Positions 51,105-64,000 of a stretch of DNA of 64,000 nucleotides are shown here, one piece after another (position 1 is the stretch's first letter; every line of letters starts with the position of its first letter). Under the pieces are notes generated by a model. The model was not told the origin of the DNA, ran no database searches, and was given only the letters and a program-made list of their open reading frames with translations. Source of the DNA: Lophium mytilinum (lineage: Eukaryota); NCBI GenBank assembly GCA_010093605.1, contig MU004201.1, forward strand, positions 1 to 64,000, given 5' to 3'. The position numbers and the translations under genes are program-made.

Positions 51105-54100
51105 AATACAAACTTTAAGATAAAGCTTTCTTTTCCTAACATTTCTTTTATTAAACTTAATAATTTCTTTTTTATTTTCAATCTAGATAGTTAATATATA
51201 TGTTAGGTAATATATATTCTCCCACTTTTCATTATTTTAAATTTAATTTTATTTTATTAGTACTAGATATAAATATATAACAGTATTACATTTTTAACAC
51301 TTAGAGTTTAAAGCCTATATTTAATTAGATCTATATTATCCCTAATCCAAGTACATAATATACTTTTTTTACTATTTTAATTTGTTTTAGTAGTTTAATG
51401 CTTTATATAAATATTTACAACGTAGTGCTTAATATCTATCTAGTATACTATACTATTCTTGGGCACTAAATAATATACTTCTTGTTTGAGTTTTACATAT
51501 ATAACTAGCTAGTGTAATACTTTTATTAGAGAAATGAGAACTAATTTAAAGTAACTATAAAATAGAAAGTATACTTCAGTCTAGCTATTATTATCCTAAT
51601 AAACCTAATAAGCTTATAATAAACCTTTTACTACTATGTATATAATATAAAACTTTACTAAAGTAGTTATTATAAAAAGAAAGTTTATAGTAGGAGACTT
51701 ATGTAGAAATAATTCTCTTTATATATTAAGAGATAAATCCTTGCAGGATTATAATGCATGCAGAGGACCTATATATATCTAGGCCTAAAGAAAGTATATA
51801 ACTTACAGGGGCCTTATAGGTCTATAGCTTGCAAGGCACTATAGAAAAAAAATATATACTATCTTACTATTTTACTATATAGCCTTACTATAAGCTATCT
51901 ATCTACTATAAGTACTTTAGTTACCTTACGCTACTTTCCCCCCTTTTAGAGGTTTAATTCTGCGCCTAAATAGCCTTATTATACAACCCTAAAATTCCGG
52001 CAGGAAAAGAATAAAGGGAATAAAGAGCAATATAGTATTAGTAGGGTTATATATTACTAGTAAGAGCTATATGCTATAGTAACATTAAATTTAAGCTTTA
52101 AACGCTAGATATTTAATATATATATTACTATATTATACTAGATATATGCGACACAGAAAGTTCTATATAATTACTCTAAAGCTCTACTACTATGCTTTTA
52201 GTTTTCTATTAAGAAGCTTTGCGTAGTTATACTATAGATCTAGGGTTCTAGTGCTAGTTTAAGTAATTATACCCTATACGCTTCTATGCAGAGTATACGC
52301 GTGGCTTACTATATATATAGTAAAGTTTATACAGTTTCTATAATATAGTAAGAAATATTACTAATAGTTATATAATAGCGCAATTTCTATACTCTACTAG
52401 TAAGCTAGGGAGAATAAAAAGGCCTATAGGTTAACAATAGTTATCTATTATAGAGTAGAAGTTTCTAATGCTTAGCACTATACTCTTATATAAGGGTTTT
52501 CTAAACTAATATTCTTATAAATATAAGTATAAGGCGTTATTACGTGCTTCTTACTTCCCAAAGTGTAAGTCCCGGTGTACGTACGCTATTATTTCCACTT
52601 CTTGCGGCATTGTATTAGTCTCTAGTGCGCGTAGTGCGGATATAAGGGCACCTAGAGGGTGTTAATAATATAGGCTCTTATATCTAGTAAACTATCTACT
52701 TATAGAAACGCTATATATAGTATTACTATAGTATTATATAGTCTTTTATTGTGCGCAATGCATGCGTGGGGCCTAAGTCTTAAAAGTAGAGTATAGAATA
52801 AGGGTAATTTAACTAATCTTATACTTTATAGAGTTGGATTATCTTTAACAGCCTATTAGACCCTATAGAACCTTAGTGCCACTATTTAGATATTTGCGCT
52901 TATAGTATTATAGGTTGCTAAAATTACCTATATATATGCAGCAATATTATTATAATCTATTAGCTATTAGCTATATAAATTAGCGGTAATCCTAGTTAGC
53001 TTTCTAAGTATATAAACGTTACCTAGGCTCTTTTAGCTTTCTTTCCTCTATACCCCATTTCTTTAAGAGGTCTTAAATCTATTCTATCTCTCTTTAACTC
53101 TTTCTTATACTTTTAGCATTAAAGCTTTATCACTAAAGCACTATATTCAAGTATAAGAATATCTTAACGCTCCTCTTATTAAAGCTTAAGCTATCTCTAA
53201 TTATCTACTTCTACAGCCTTCTTACCCCCGTAACTACTACTTATGCTATATTTATAGCTTTACTAAAAAGGACTAAAGTTAAATTAAGGCTTCCTGTATA
53301 TAGAAGATCCCTTATAGTAAGTGTATAAAGTATAGTATAGCTTAGTATAAATGCGTGTTAGTAAGTACCTCTCTACTAGATAATCCTAACTATACTAACT
53401 TCTTTTAGATTCTTCTAGAGTTCTATAAGGCTGCGTAATGCTTTATATACCTAAAATATATCTATAGATTATTCTCTTAGGCTCCTAGTAATAAAGTAAG
53501 CTTTAAGAAGAAGGATTAGATAGAGAAGCTTAGGTGTTATAGTACTATAATTATAACTACGCTAAATAGTTTAACCCTATGTTAAACCTTTAATATAGCT
53601 TAGAAGCTAGAGGTTAAGACTATAGAAAAACGTAAGTAGTTTAGTGATTTATAGAAAAGATTACTAGAAGCGTATATAGAGAGATTAAGGGTATATATAG
53701 CTTTACTAGTAAGTGTATATAGTATATCTACTAACTTTATACTATAGCTAGAGATTAGTTTTACGGGACTTTTAGTAGAAAGAGTATAGCTAGTATAAGT
53801 AAGCCTTCTATAGATGGCTACACCTTCTTAGAGGTAGTAGTTTTAGTACTAGGGGTTTAGAAGGTTTAGCTTTATATTAGCGTTTTGCTTATATTAAACT
53901 AATACCTATTATGTACTTATAGTTCTTAAGAGGTTCTTAGTAATTAAAAGGCCCTAATATATATATATATTCTACCTTCTACTATAATATACTTACTATA
54001 GACCTCTAGCCGCCACTACTATAGGCCTATGACTTCTTATAGTACTATAGAAGAAGGTAGTATAGTAATATATTAGTACTTATTCTTATCTTCAGCCCAA

Positions 54101-54249
54101 TTCTGCATTAAGTGATAATATAGGAGGGCTAGGCTTATTACAGTAGAGCTATAACAAGGTAAAGGTTTAACTTCTAGGCGCGTAGGTATATATCTAGTAA
54201 TACAATAGCCTATATATATAGAAAATAAAAGAATATATTATAAAATATT

Positions 54250-57200
54250 AAGAGTATACTGCTTTCCTATAGATGCAGCTATTTTATCCAGGCTTATTTA
54301 TAAGAGAAAACCGTTTGCTGCTAGGCAGCATTTAGATAAAAACCTTATCCTCTAATCTAGCGTGAAGCGCCCTTCTCTATTACGTCTTTCTATAGGGGAT
54401 ACGTAGTAAGTCTATAAAAGCTACTATAGAATAAGCTAATAAGATGCGTTATCCTATATCTATGTAGAAAGGTTTCTTATCATCCTCCTAGGTTTTGGCT
54501 AAGTTGAATCTGGATAAATAGCTAGTATAGAATTAGCATGAAGGCCTACGTGTAAATAGTGCGCTTGCAGGCCTTCGTCTAAGGCAACGAGACGAAATAA
54601 ATAGTGGCCGCGTTAGCTATTAAAATTAAAAAGGCTATATAGCGTGTAGGTAGTATATAACTACAGTATAGGGTTAATTTAGCGGCGGTAGTATTATTTT
54701 ACTCTAGGGGAGTATATAGGAAGTATATAGTTTATAGGTAGTCTATTATTTTATACGCAGGCTGTAAGAGTGGAAAGGCTAAGACCGGGGGGCCGGTAGA
54801 GCATACTAGAAGAACTAAAGCGGAAGAACTAAATAGAAGAACTAAATAGAAGAACTAAATTAAAATAGAAGAACTATAGGTGGCTATATAAGGTATATAG
54901 CTATAATAAAAAATATAGGCCCCTATAGCTTAGCTAAGTCTATAGCTTATAGTCTATAGACGAGAAGTATACAGCTGCTTATAGTAAGTATAAGCTTTTA
55001 TAGCATAACTAGTTAATAGCGGGAGAGCAGCCTTATGTATACGTTATTATAACCTAGATAGGCTATTTAGAAATAGGAGGGCTATTCGGAAATAGGTGGG
55101 CTATTTAGAAATTGAAAGGCTATAAGGAATAGGAAGTATATACTAGAGAGTATATACTAGAAACTAAAGCTAACTATCTATACCGGGTGCTAGTTAAAAG
55201 AGAATATAAAAATAATAAAGGGGCAGAGGATATAGTTCTAGTATACTATAGATAGCTTATAGCTACGCATATTAAGTATAATCTGCTTTAACATAGCTAA
55301 GGGCTATAGTATAGCTAAGAGTTGTAGCCGGGGCCATGTTAAGCTACTTAAGCTTTATTTTACTAAGCTGTTCCTTTATACCTAGTATAGTATACTAGGT
55401 TATGCATCTATATATAATAGTAGGCTATATTACTACTAAGTATATTAAGCGTACTTTTCTAAACCTGGCGCCTTAGATAGATGCTATAAGTTAAGTAAAC
55501 GCCCCTATATAGGTTAAAGCCTTATTCTTTATAGTACTTATATACGGGCCCTACTTTAGCTTAAAGTCTACCTATACTTCTAGTAATCTTAAGTCTATAA
55601 TAAGGCTCTCTACAAAGCCCTATTTATCTACTATAGCTTTAAAGTTAACTACTATATAAGTCCTAGTAAAGGGATAAGGTAGTATTTATCTAGTATAAAT
55701 ACTATAGTATATTTTCTTACCTATTCTATACACCGCTTATAGGCTCTATTAATAACCCTGCAGTTTTCTTTATATTTTAGCTATAAATAAGTGTCACAGA
55801 ACTAAAGGGGTATTGTAGGAAATAGGTTGTTAATTATAACTAGGAAGAATCTATAAGGAGCTAGGGCGGCGCCAGCTCTAAGACTATAGTTCGGCTAGGG
55901 CGCACGGACCAGCAGCGGTCACGTGACGGCCTGCTTACGTAATGGCGCGCGAGCTACGCGCCTACGCGGAGAGCGGGATGTAGCTATTATAAAAAGAATG
56001 TTTATATTATCTATAAAACTATAGGCTATTATATTACTATTCTAGAGGGTTGGTAGTAGTATACTAGTAAAGAAGAGAAAGAAAATAGGTAATAGAAAGG
56101 AGCCTTATAGTATATCTATAGTAACTACAATTAGTTCTACTATATAGCTTCTTCTAGATAACCTAATTATGCAGTCTTATAGAAAGGACTTTGTAAACCT
56201 TATTATCTATTCCAGCACCCTCTAGGCCTGTAGATTATATATTATTTATTTATATAATACTTAGTTAAACACTCCTAATATATCTTAGCTAAGAAGTAAT
56301 ACTATAAGCTATAAGTTTCCTTTCTATATAGTATAGATCTAGTTTAAGTACTATCCATATAGAGTGCTCCGGTTGTGCCTCTATCTAGCTAGGCGGTAGT
56401 ATACCCTTTTTCTCTACTAACTTTAAGAGTCTTTTAGCTATAATTTATTTAAATAGCTTACTTATTATTTCTAGTAGAGTAGTAGGCCTATAGGTCTTTA
56501 CTATTATATAGAACCCTTTTTAGGCCTTATATAGCACTACTATTATTAATTCCTTAAATAACTAGAACGTAGTGTCCTCTATATAGGCACTTTATAAAGA
56601 AGTAGGCAAGTATAGGTGCTAGTTACATCTCGCACTTCTTTTGGAACCTATTTATAATTCTTATAATTCTTAGGCCCTTATCTAGTCTAATTTCTATTAA
56701 CGCTAAGAGTATATCCTCTATAGTAACTTCTATAGGGGTAGTATATAGTTCTAGGTATTAGAACCCCTCTAGATTAGAGAAGTTAGCTTCTACTAGTAGT
56801 AGAAAAAACTATTCTACTAGTATGTGCGCTTTTATCTTATTATCTGCATAAAAAGTGGAGTTACCGGGCCTAGAGAAGGGTAGGAATTAAGGAAGGGGTC
56901 TTAATTTCTTTCTAATTGTGCGGCCCTATTTAGCTAGCTTCTATGCCCCTTCAGGGTCTTTTATTACTTTCTCTACTATATAGCACTATACCTTAATACT
57001 CTCCTTTCTTATAACTCTCTTCTTACGGTTCTATTAGACCCGGTATAATATCTAGTCTTCTATAGAATGCGATAAACGCTACATTCTATACACTTACCTA
57101 GTTTTATGCACCTCGTCTAAGTACTCTACTATCTATAATAGTAAGGCGTGTGTTAAAGGCTATACTATTAGCACTGCAGCGTTAATAGTAATTTTAATAA

Positions 57201-59875
57201 GTTAGTATAGGATAAGTATAAAGTTTTCTAAGTCCTCCTCTTCTTCTTTATCTAGGGGGTTATTCTAGCTTTCTAGCTTAATTAGCTAGGCTATAAGGTG
57301 CTTCTATATATTCTTCTATATAACGTTCTTCTATAGCCGGCGTTAAGGTTGCTAAGTTACTATAAGTAGTGTAACGTCAAACTCTATGTATATAGGGCAG
57401 TAGTTTAAATTATAGTTCTATTTCTCTTAACTATATAGAATATTATTTATTCTATAAGCTATCTAGTTGTAAATATAAGGTTAATTATAGTCTATAGCGT
57501 TCTTCTTATCTCCGTTTTAATGCCTTCTTCTATAGCTAGGTTTATGCCTGCTTCTATTATAATTTAGATAAGCTTCTCCGCCTGCTCTTCTATGCTAACT
57601 ACCTATATTCCTTCCTAGAACGGGTAGTATAGATTTATATTACCTATTGGTATATACTCTACTTTCTTATATATAGTATAGGGGGCAGTATATCTATAAC
57701 CCTGCGTAGCTTTAGGTTATAGATACTATAAATTTCAATATCCTCTTCTCTAGCCTGGAGGGAGAGGGTAATAAGGTCTAGTAAGTAATACTTAACAGTT
57801 TACTAGCCTGTATCCAGGCTCTTATTAATATATATATATATATCCTAGCGTTTAGGCTTCTTCTATGCAATAAATAGTATAATTTTTTACGTCGTAAGGT
57901 ATAGTTCTAGGTATTCTTCTATAGTTTCTATATAGCTAGTACCAGCGGCTAAGGCTGGGCCGCCTCTATCTTTTTAAGGAACTCTTTCTAAGTCTTTTAG
58001 CTATTATTAATATTCTACTTTATAATAGTAAGTATATTAGGTTATTCTATTATTAAGTATCTATAGAGTCTTTAGTATTAGCTATTAAAGCCTGGCTAGC
58101 TTTAGCATAGAGCTAGTGGCTTACTACCTCTCCTTCTTAGATAGACAGCACCTAAGTAATGTTAAATTATAATAGTCTAGTATTGCTGCTGTAGGCCGCT
58201 GTTTAAGAGTAGTCTAATATCTTATAGATAGACTAAGGGGCTTTATCTAAAGGCTGAGGGCTGTTATAGTAAGGCTGCTGCGTTAAATAGGAAGTATGCA
58301 CTAACTAGATAGTCTACATAGTATAGGTAGACTATAGTACTCTATTAATCTTTAGTTATTTTAGGTACTTATATATATCTATAAATAGGTAAGGCCTTCC
58401 TTATTCCCTCTAGATGCTGTTATTAAGTGCATTACTATTCTTAGAGGCCTCCCTATTCTTCTTAATTACCTTAAGAGCTTAGAGTTCTGCTATAGATTAG
58501 AATATTACTATACCCGGCATTCTACCAGTGCTATTATTGTTGCTGTAGTTGGCTTATAGTAGGTTAGTACTATCTACCTTCTTATATTAGCTTTTAGCTA
58601 AGTATTTTTCCTTATAGTGCATGCTGCGCTATATAATAGGTAGCTTTTCTTATTATTAGCGTACTTTTAAATACTCTCCTCTATGCATTCTCTTATATTA
58701 TAAGCTCTGGAGCATGTTGCATATACTATCTCCTTCTTATAGTGCCGTGCAATATGCCTATAGCTCTCGCATTAGAGGCATTAAGTAGCTGTAAAGCCGC
58801 CTTATACCTTAAAGCCTCTAGTATATATCTATTTTAAGCCTTTTCTCTATCTATAATCTTATTTACTATTACCTCTATACCTATAGTAATAATAGCTAAT
58901 AAAGCGCGCTAATTAGAGTTATTCTTAATAGCCTAGATTTAATTTAAGTGTTTCTATATATCCTTATATAGAACTAGGTCTAGATAGAGTTCCTTATTAT
59001 TCTATATAATGTTACTTTGCAGCTCTAGGCCTTCTACATTTATTTACTTTTGTACGCCGTGCACTTCTAGCAGGACCTTAGGCAGCTAGATTTAGCTAGC
59101 ACCTTTATCTATTCTCTCTTCTTTAGTAAGGCTTCCTTAGCCGCTATATCTAGTATATAGGCTCTTATATTACTACTCTATAGCTTCCTTACTCTATAGA
59201 TTTTTATAGTGTCGGGCTCTTCTACTACTTAGAGCTTATAGGTAAAGTCGCATTTAAATATTTATTTAATACGGTGTGTTCCGCTTTATCGTTAATATAT
59301 ATAGTAATTTTATAGGTAGTCTACGTTATATACTCTCTATTCCCTACAGTCTTACTATTTATTCCTGCCGCTACCGCAGTATAGGTTGTTCTTTATGCAG
59401 AAAATGCCTATACGCCCTTCTTTATTTTCTCTATTATCTTTGTAATCTTCTTCTATAGCGTCTATTATAGGTCCTCCCCGGTGCCTGAGAGGCCGGCTAG
59501 TACGCGTCCTGCGAAGTTCTAGAGGTGCTTAAGGATAATATTTATCTTAGGGTTATAGGATTAAAGCTTATTATATAAGGAGTCTTAAATACTACAGGCT
59601 TCTTAAACTAGTAATTAGAATTAGACATTAGTATAGATATTCTATTTAGACTTTAGGTTATAGGGTTTATTTTAGGGTTGTAGTTAGTATTATTGGTAAT
59701 GTTATTGATAATGCTGCATAACAGGGGTCGCGACGCGTAATTCCACTGCAACGCCGCTAGCACTACTTGTAGGGCTCTAATACTGCTTGCGAATATAAAC
59801 AGGGCCTTAAGTAGCCTCAAGAGGCCCTCTATAGGCTGTATTTCTAAGATGCTGCGAAATTAATTATATTATGTT
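54250..59875 (-). mobile_element. Second long RIP-mutated Tad1-like LINE copy with internal deletions
   Basis: Reverse complement is colinear with 31830-39380 and lacks the Tc1 insert. Confidence 0.85.
55792..55991. mobile_element. ~200-bp GC-richer insertion in the LINE RT, probably a solo LTR of a third family
   Basis: Starts TGTCAC; interrupts sequence that is continuous at ~13865; imperfect ATAAG/AAAAG flanks. Confidence 0.5.
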
Positions 59876-60769
59876 TTTTTCTTCTATATATATACTTTAG
59901 ATTTCCTATTTATATACACTATAGTATTACTAAATATATATCTATATATCTAAGAATATACTTAAACTCTTATCTTCTTACTATATTATAGTCTTTCTAC
60001 ATTAAGCCTAACTCTTAAATGATACTACTATACCTCTTTGAATATTCTAATTAATAAACCCTTCCATTTTCTTTTCACCTAAAATATAGCTAAAATAGGC
60101 TAGTACTATTTAAAGCTATACCTAACGCCTAGAATAGGTCTATTCTACTACTATAGAATACTATCTTCTATAGTATCAACTTTATTTATAATACTCTTTA
60201 AGTTAAACTACTAGCTACTAGATTCCTATAGAAAAGTCCGAGGTATTCTAGCTAATTAAAGATTAAATAAAAGAAGTACATCTATAATAAGTTTTATTAA
60301 AGCTAGAAACTTTAGAATATAATATATAGTAAGCTACCCCCTCCTATAAATGTAGATTATGTTTGCTGGTATATCTAATTTTAAATTAGATATACTAGTA
60401 CTAACTACTTAAGTATATTAGCTAAGTTATACCTAGACCTATAGTTATAATTTATATAAAGTATGGAAACATAAATAGAAATTAAATAGAAGTTAAGAAT
60501 AGAAAAGGTATATATAGAGGAGGGATTTTAATATACCTCTTATTAGGGTTATATATATATCTTTTTTACTCCATATTTACTTTTCTTATCTAATTTACTA
60601 TCTAGCTTAGTTTACTATTCTAATCCTTTTCATATATTTGCCTAAGTTAGTTACTGAGTCTAGATATAGCATGGCTATATATATTTATATTCTTATTTTT
60701 AATCTTAATGTCTATGACATATAGGAATAATAATTAAAATTATAGAGAGAGGCTATAAAGAGTTAAGAT

Positions 60770-60891
60770 TATAAGGCCGGGTACCTAGCTTTTCTACAGC
60801 ACTGTAAAAGCAGGTAATTAAGAAGCAATCTTGCCTCCTATTACTAGCTACTTGTACTCTTATAAGCTAATGTTACCCGTAAGACCTAATA
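60770..60891 (-). mobile_element. Solo TRIM LTR (degenerate)
   Basis: 122-bp match; flanks AAGAT/AAAAT. Confidence 0.75.
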
Positions 60892-62426
60892 AAAATTACC
60901 TTTATTTTAAGCTTCAGCTTTAGCTTACAGCCTTTCTATAAGACGTTTCTATATTAGATAGCATTATATAACGTGGAAACAGAAGAGTATATTTATTAGA
61001 TTAGCTAGGAATTTAAAGTTAGTAGTAGCAGCAATATAGAAAGGCTAGGCTTAGTATAGAGAAGCTATCATATAGTAAGAATTTAACTATTTTAGGAGGC
61101 TCCTATATATAAAGGTATATATATAGCAATATAATAGCCTATACTTATAGGAAATAAGAAGTATATGTAATTAAATAGATATACTATATAGTTTTATAAT
61201 AAGGCCTTATATATAGCTATATATAGCATTATAGCCGTAAGAAATCCCTTACTGTAATAAATTTCTAGTAAAAATAATAGCGTTATATAGTTTCTATTAT
61301 ATTCCACTATTATATAACTTTGCTTAGCGCTAGCCTTACCTACCTCTTACCTAGTGCTCTGCACCCTACTCTCTGTTTAGAGCTACTTTATTGTAAAGCT
61401 TTTATAGAAAGCTCTCTTAATAATCCTTATATTATACTGTAATATATAGAATAATAGAAATACTAATAATATATTATAAAATAGGAAAGGTATACAGCTT
61501 TCCTATTATTAATAAATGTAGCAGCGCTAGAGTAGTATCCTAAGCATTCTAGGCTACTTGAAACACTAGATAAGATAGAAGGAATACACGTAGTTGAAAA
61601 ACGCAGAAGATAGCTAGTAATTAAAGTGGGTACTAGTACTAGCTTTTTAATACTAAGTCTTATTAAAGTTTATTTAAAAGCTAATATTAGGTCGTGAATT
61701 ATAGAATAATAGAATATAAACTATTTCTCTATAAAGTGTAAGCGTATAAGCTTAATAGATAAATTAATAGTTAGAATCTATTCTTAGTTTTATATAATAT
61801 AAATGTATATTCTAAACCCTAGATTTAATTTACTTAGTTTGATAGCCAGATATAGTTGATATTTTTTAAAGTATTTAACTACTCTTGCAGTTATAATAAG
61901 AACTCTTTATTTAATATTAATAACTACTTCCCTGGTAGCTTTCTATAAAGAGATTATATATTATTATTCTTACGCTATTAAAACAATTTGAAAGACCGCT
62001 TGTATAAAGATGCACTAGTTTAATTAAAATAAATATTGCTTGTTTAGGTTTAATTGAGTGTAATCTATATTATTTATTAATTTAATGAACTATTTACTTT
62101 AATTATACATATCTTTCTACTATTACTATTAATATTCTATTTAGGTCAAATTTAAAAAGAAATATTGTTAAGTAAAATTTCATATTTCTATATATATACT
62201 AGATTAATCTACTTTATTTGCTTTTGAATGTATTATTGTCTTTAGATTATATATGTTCACTTCATTACATTAACTTGTTAAAGTGATTTTAGTAAAGCAA
62301 ATACTACTTATACTTCTTATATATAAAAGGACCTAACTACTACAATCTCTATAAATTAATATAGAAAGCGTTTATATTAATAATAGAGAGATTTATTTTG
62401 CTATACTAGATTGCTATACTAGAAAA

Positions 62427-63118
62427 ATGGCCACTGATTTCGACAAATATAAAGATTTTAACCCTTACTGGAAAGAATTTGAAAAGGTATTATATGGTTA
62501 TACAGAGCAAGTGATAACTACTATTGAAGAAAAAAACATTGAGTGCCAAGAGCTATATAATAAAGAACGCCCACATCAAAGTAGACAAGATCAGGAACAT
62601 CCACCTTTATGTAAGATATAGAAGCATACTTATAACTACTCTAAGAATTAAAAGCTTAAAGATTATAGCCCTAAAAGAGAAGCATATAGAAGTAAAAATA
62701 TAGAAATAAGTAGATAGAAGATAAGATATTTAAGAAGAAGAATTAGGGTTAAGCTTAAGTTTAAAAGAAATCTATACTAACTTTATAAAAGATAGGCCTA
62801 TCTCTAAACCTTATTCTACAGAACATAGCAAAGATGAAATCAATACTGAATTAGTAGGTAATTTAGAAGAGCAATTAGATACTGGAAACCTTACTACTAC
62901 TGAAAAGGGTAAGAATATTATTTATTATAATATAGTAATACTAATATTTAATAGAGGATATTGTAAAATTAAACGAAAAAGGTTATAAAATCCGTTGCCA
63001 ATGTCAAAAAGGAGGCTGTCAAAAAATGCAGAAAAACTGTTCCTGTCTTAAAGCTAGCCAGAAGTGTGGTGAAGACTGCAATTGTAACCTTAACTGTAAA
63101 AATAAATCTGAAGCATAA
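62427..63118 (+). pseudogene. Spliced gene ending in a tesmin/TSO1-like CXC (CRC) cysteine cluster; middle exon has premature stops
   Basis: Intron 62909-62954 (GTAAGA..CTAAT..TAG) joins in frame to CQCQKGGCQKMQKNCSCLKASQKCGEDCNCNLNCKN; four in-frame TAA/TAG codons at 62701-62736. Confidence 0.6.
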
Positions 63119-64000
63119 AGTATGTTTAAAAATACCTATACTTTATTAGTATATATATACTAATATATCCCAAAGAGCTAAAGTGTAATAAATACTATAC
63201 TTTCTTTCTATAAAACTACTTATAAAGGAATATACTATTATAATTATAGTTAGGTATTACAAATAGAGTTCTTCTAAAGGATCAAATAGAAATAATTATT
63301 CATTTCAGCTCTATAGAGTAATAGTAGTAAGCTATATTACATTTTTAAATATAAAAGCAGTAAGATAATAGTTTTTAATATTTTTCTATATTTTTTCTTT
63401 AATTCTATATCCTTTTTTTGCTAGACATTAGCTTACTAAACTAAATTGTTTTATATATTTTGTATATCAAACATACACCTACTACTAGCTTTTTATATAT
63501 TAGTAGTACTTAGTTAGTATAAATATAGTAGATAGTAGAAATTAAATGTCTATGTTTTTAAACGTATAGTATAAAAGAAAAAAAGAATGTAAATATAGTT
63601 TATAAAATTAGTCTACTATACCTAAAGTAAACGTGCTAGCATATATACGTATATATAAAAATAAATTATAGAGTATATACTTCTTCTAGGAAAACTTAGA
63701 AAGAGTGAAAGTAAAAGATATAAATAACTATATAGTTTAAAATAGCTACTTTAAGTAGTATAGTAACTATATAATATATAGAGAAATATCCTCTACTAGC
63801 TAACTGAAAGATAGAAGAGCTGTATAGAACGCTTTACAAGTAAAGTATTTATATTTAAAAAGAATTAGAAAAAGCTCTTTTATAGCAAGTTAACTATAAC
63901 TTATAGTAAACTATAAAATAAAGAAGAATAGAAAAATAAAAGACGTTAGAAAGCAATAACAAATAGAAGGCTTTTCTTTATCATATCCATACTTTTTTAG

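Noticed and set aside
51900..53950. Degenerate coding-like sequence, probably a transposon
   Set aside because: Too mutated to assign a family or boundaries by eye
18071..59458. Scattered 60-90 aa ORFs rich in Y, I, L and S
   Set aside because: Chance frames in RIP-mutated TE DNA, several antisense to the TE genes

Overview
Fungal (filamentous ascomycete-type) nuclear DNA at the edge of the rDNA array. Bases 1-10650 are one complete rDNA unit: IGS/ETS, 18S with an S1506 group IC1 intron, ITS1, 5.8S, ITS2, 28S with an L2449 group IE intron carrying an intact His-Cys box homing endonuclease ORF, and a 5S gene inside the spacer. After a 470-N gap a second unit breaks off in the 5' ETS and joins about 51 kb of AT-rich, RIP-type mutated, nested transposons: Tad1-like LINEs, a chromodomain Ty3/Gypsy element and its solo LTRs, Tc1/impala-like elements, GGGGA-ended MITEs with 8-bp TSDs, and a ~0.5 kb TRIM-like element with an apparent self-priming site. 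Three low-GC gene islands lie among the relics: an intronless 825-aa nucleotidyltransferase resembling a giant-virus family, a divergent pair of spliced orphan genes (one with tandem intron-microexon duplications), and a CRC/CXC-domain pseudogene. All family assignments are from motif recognition by eye; no database search was run.
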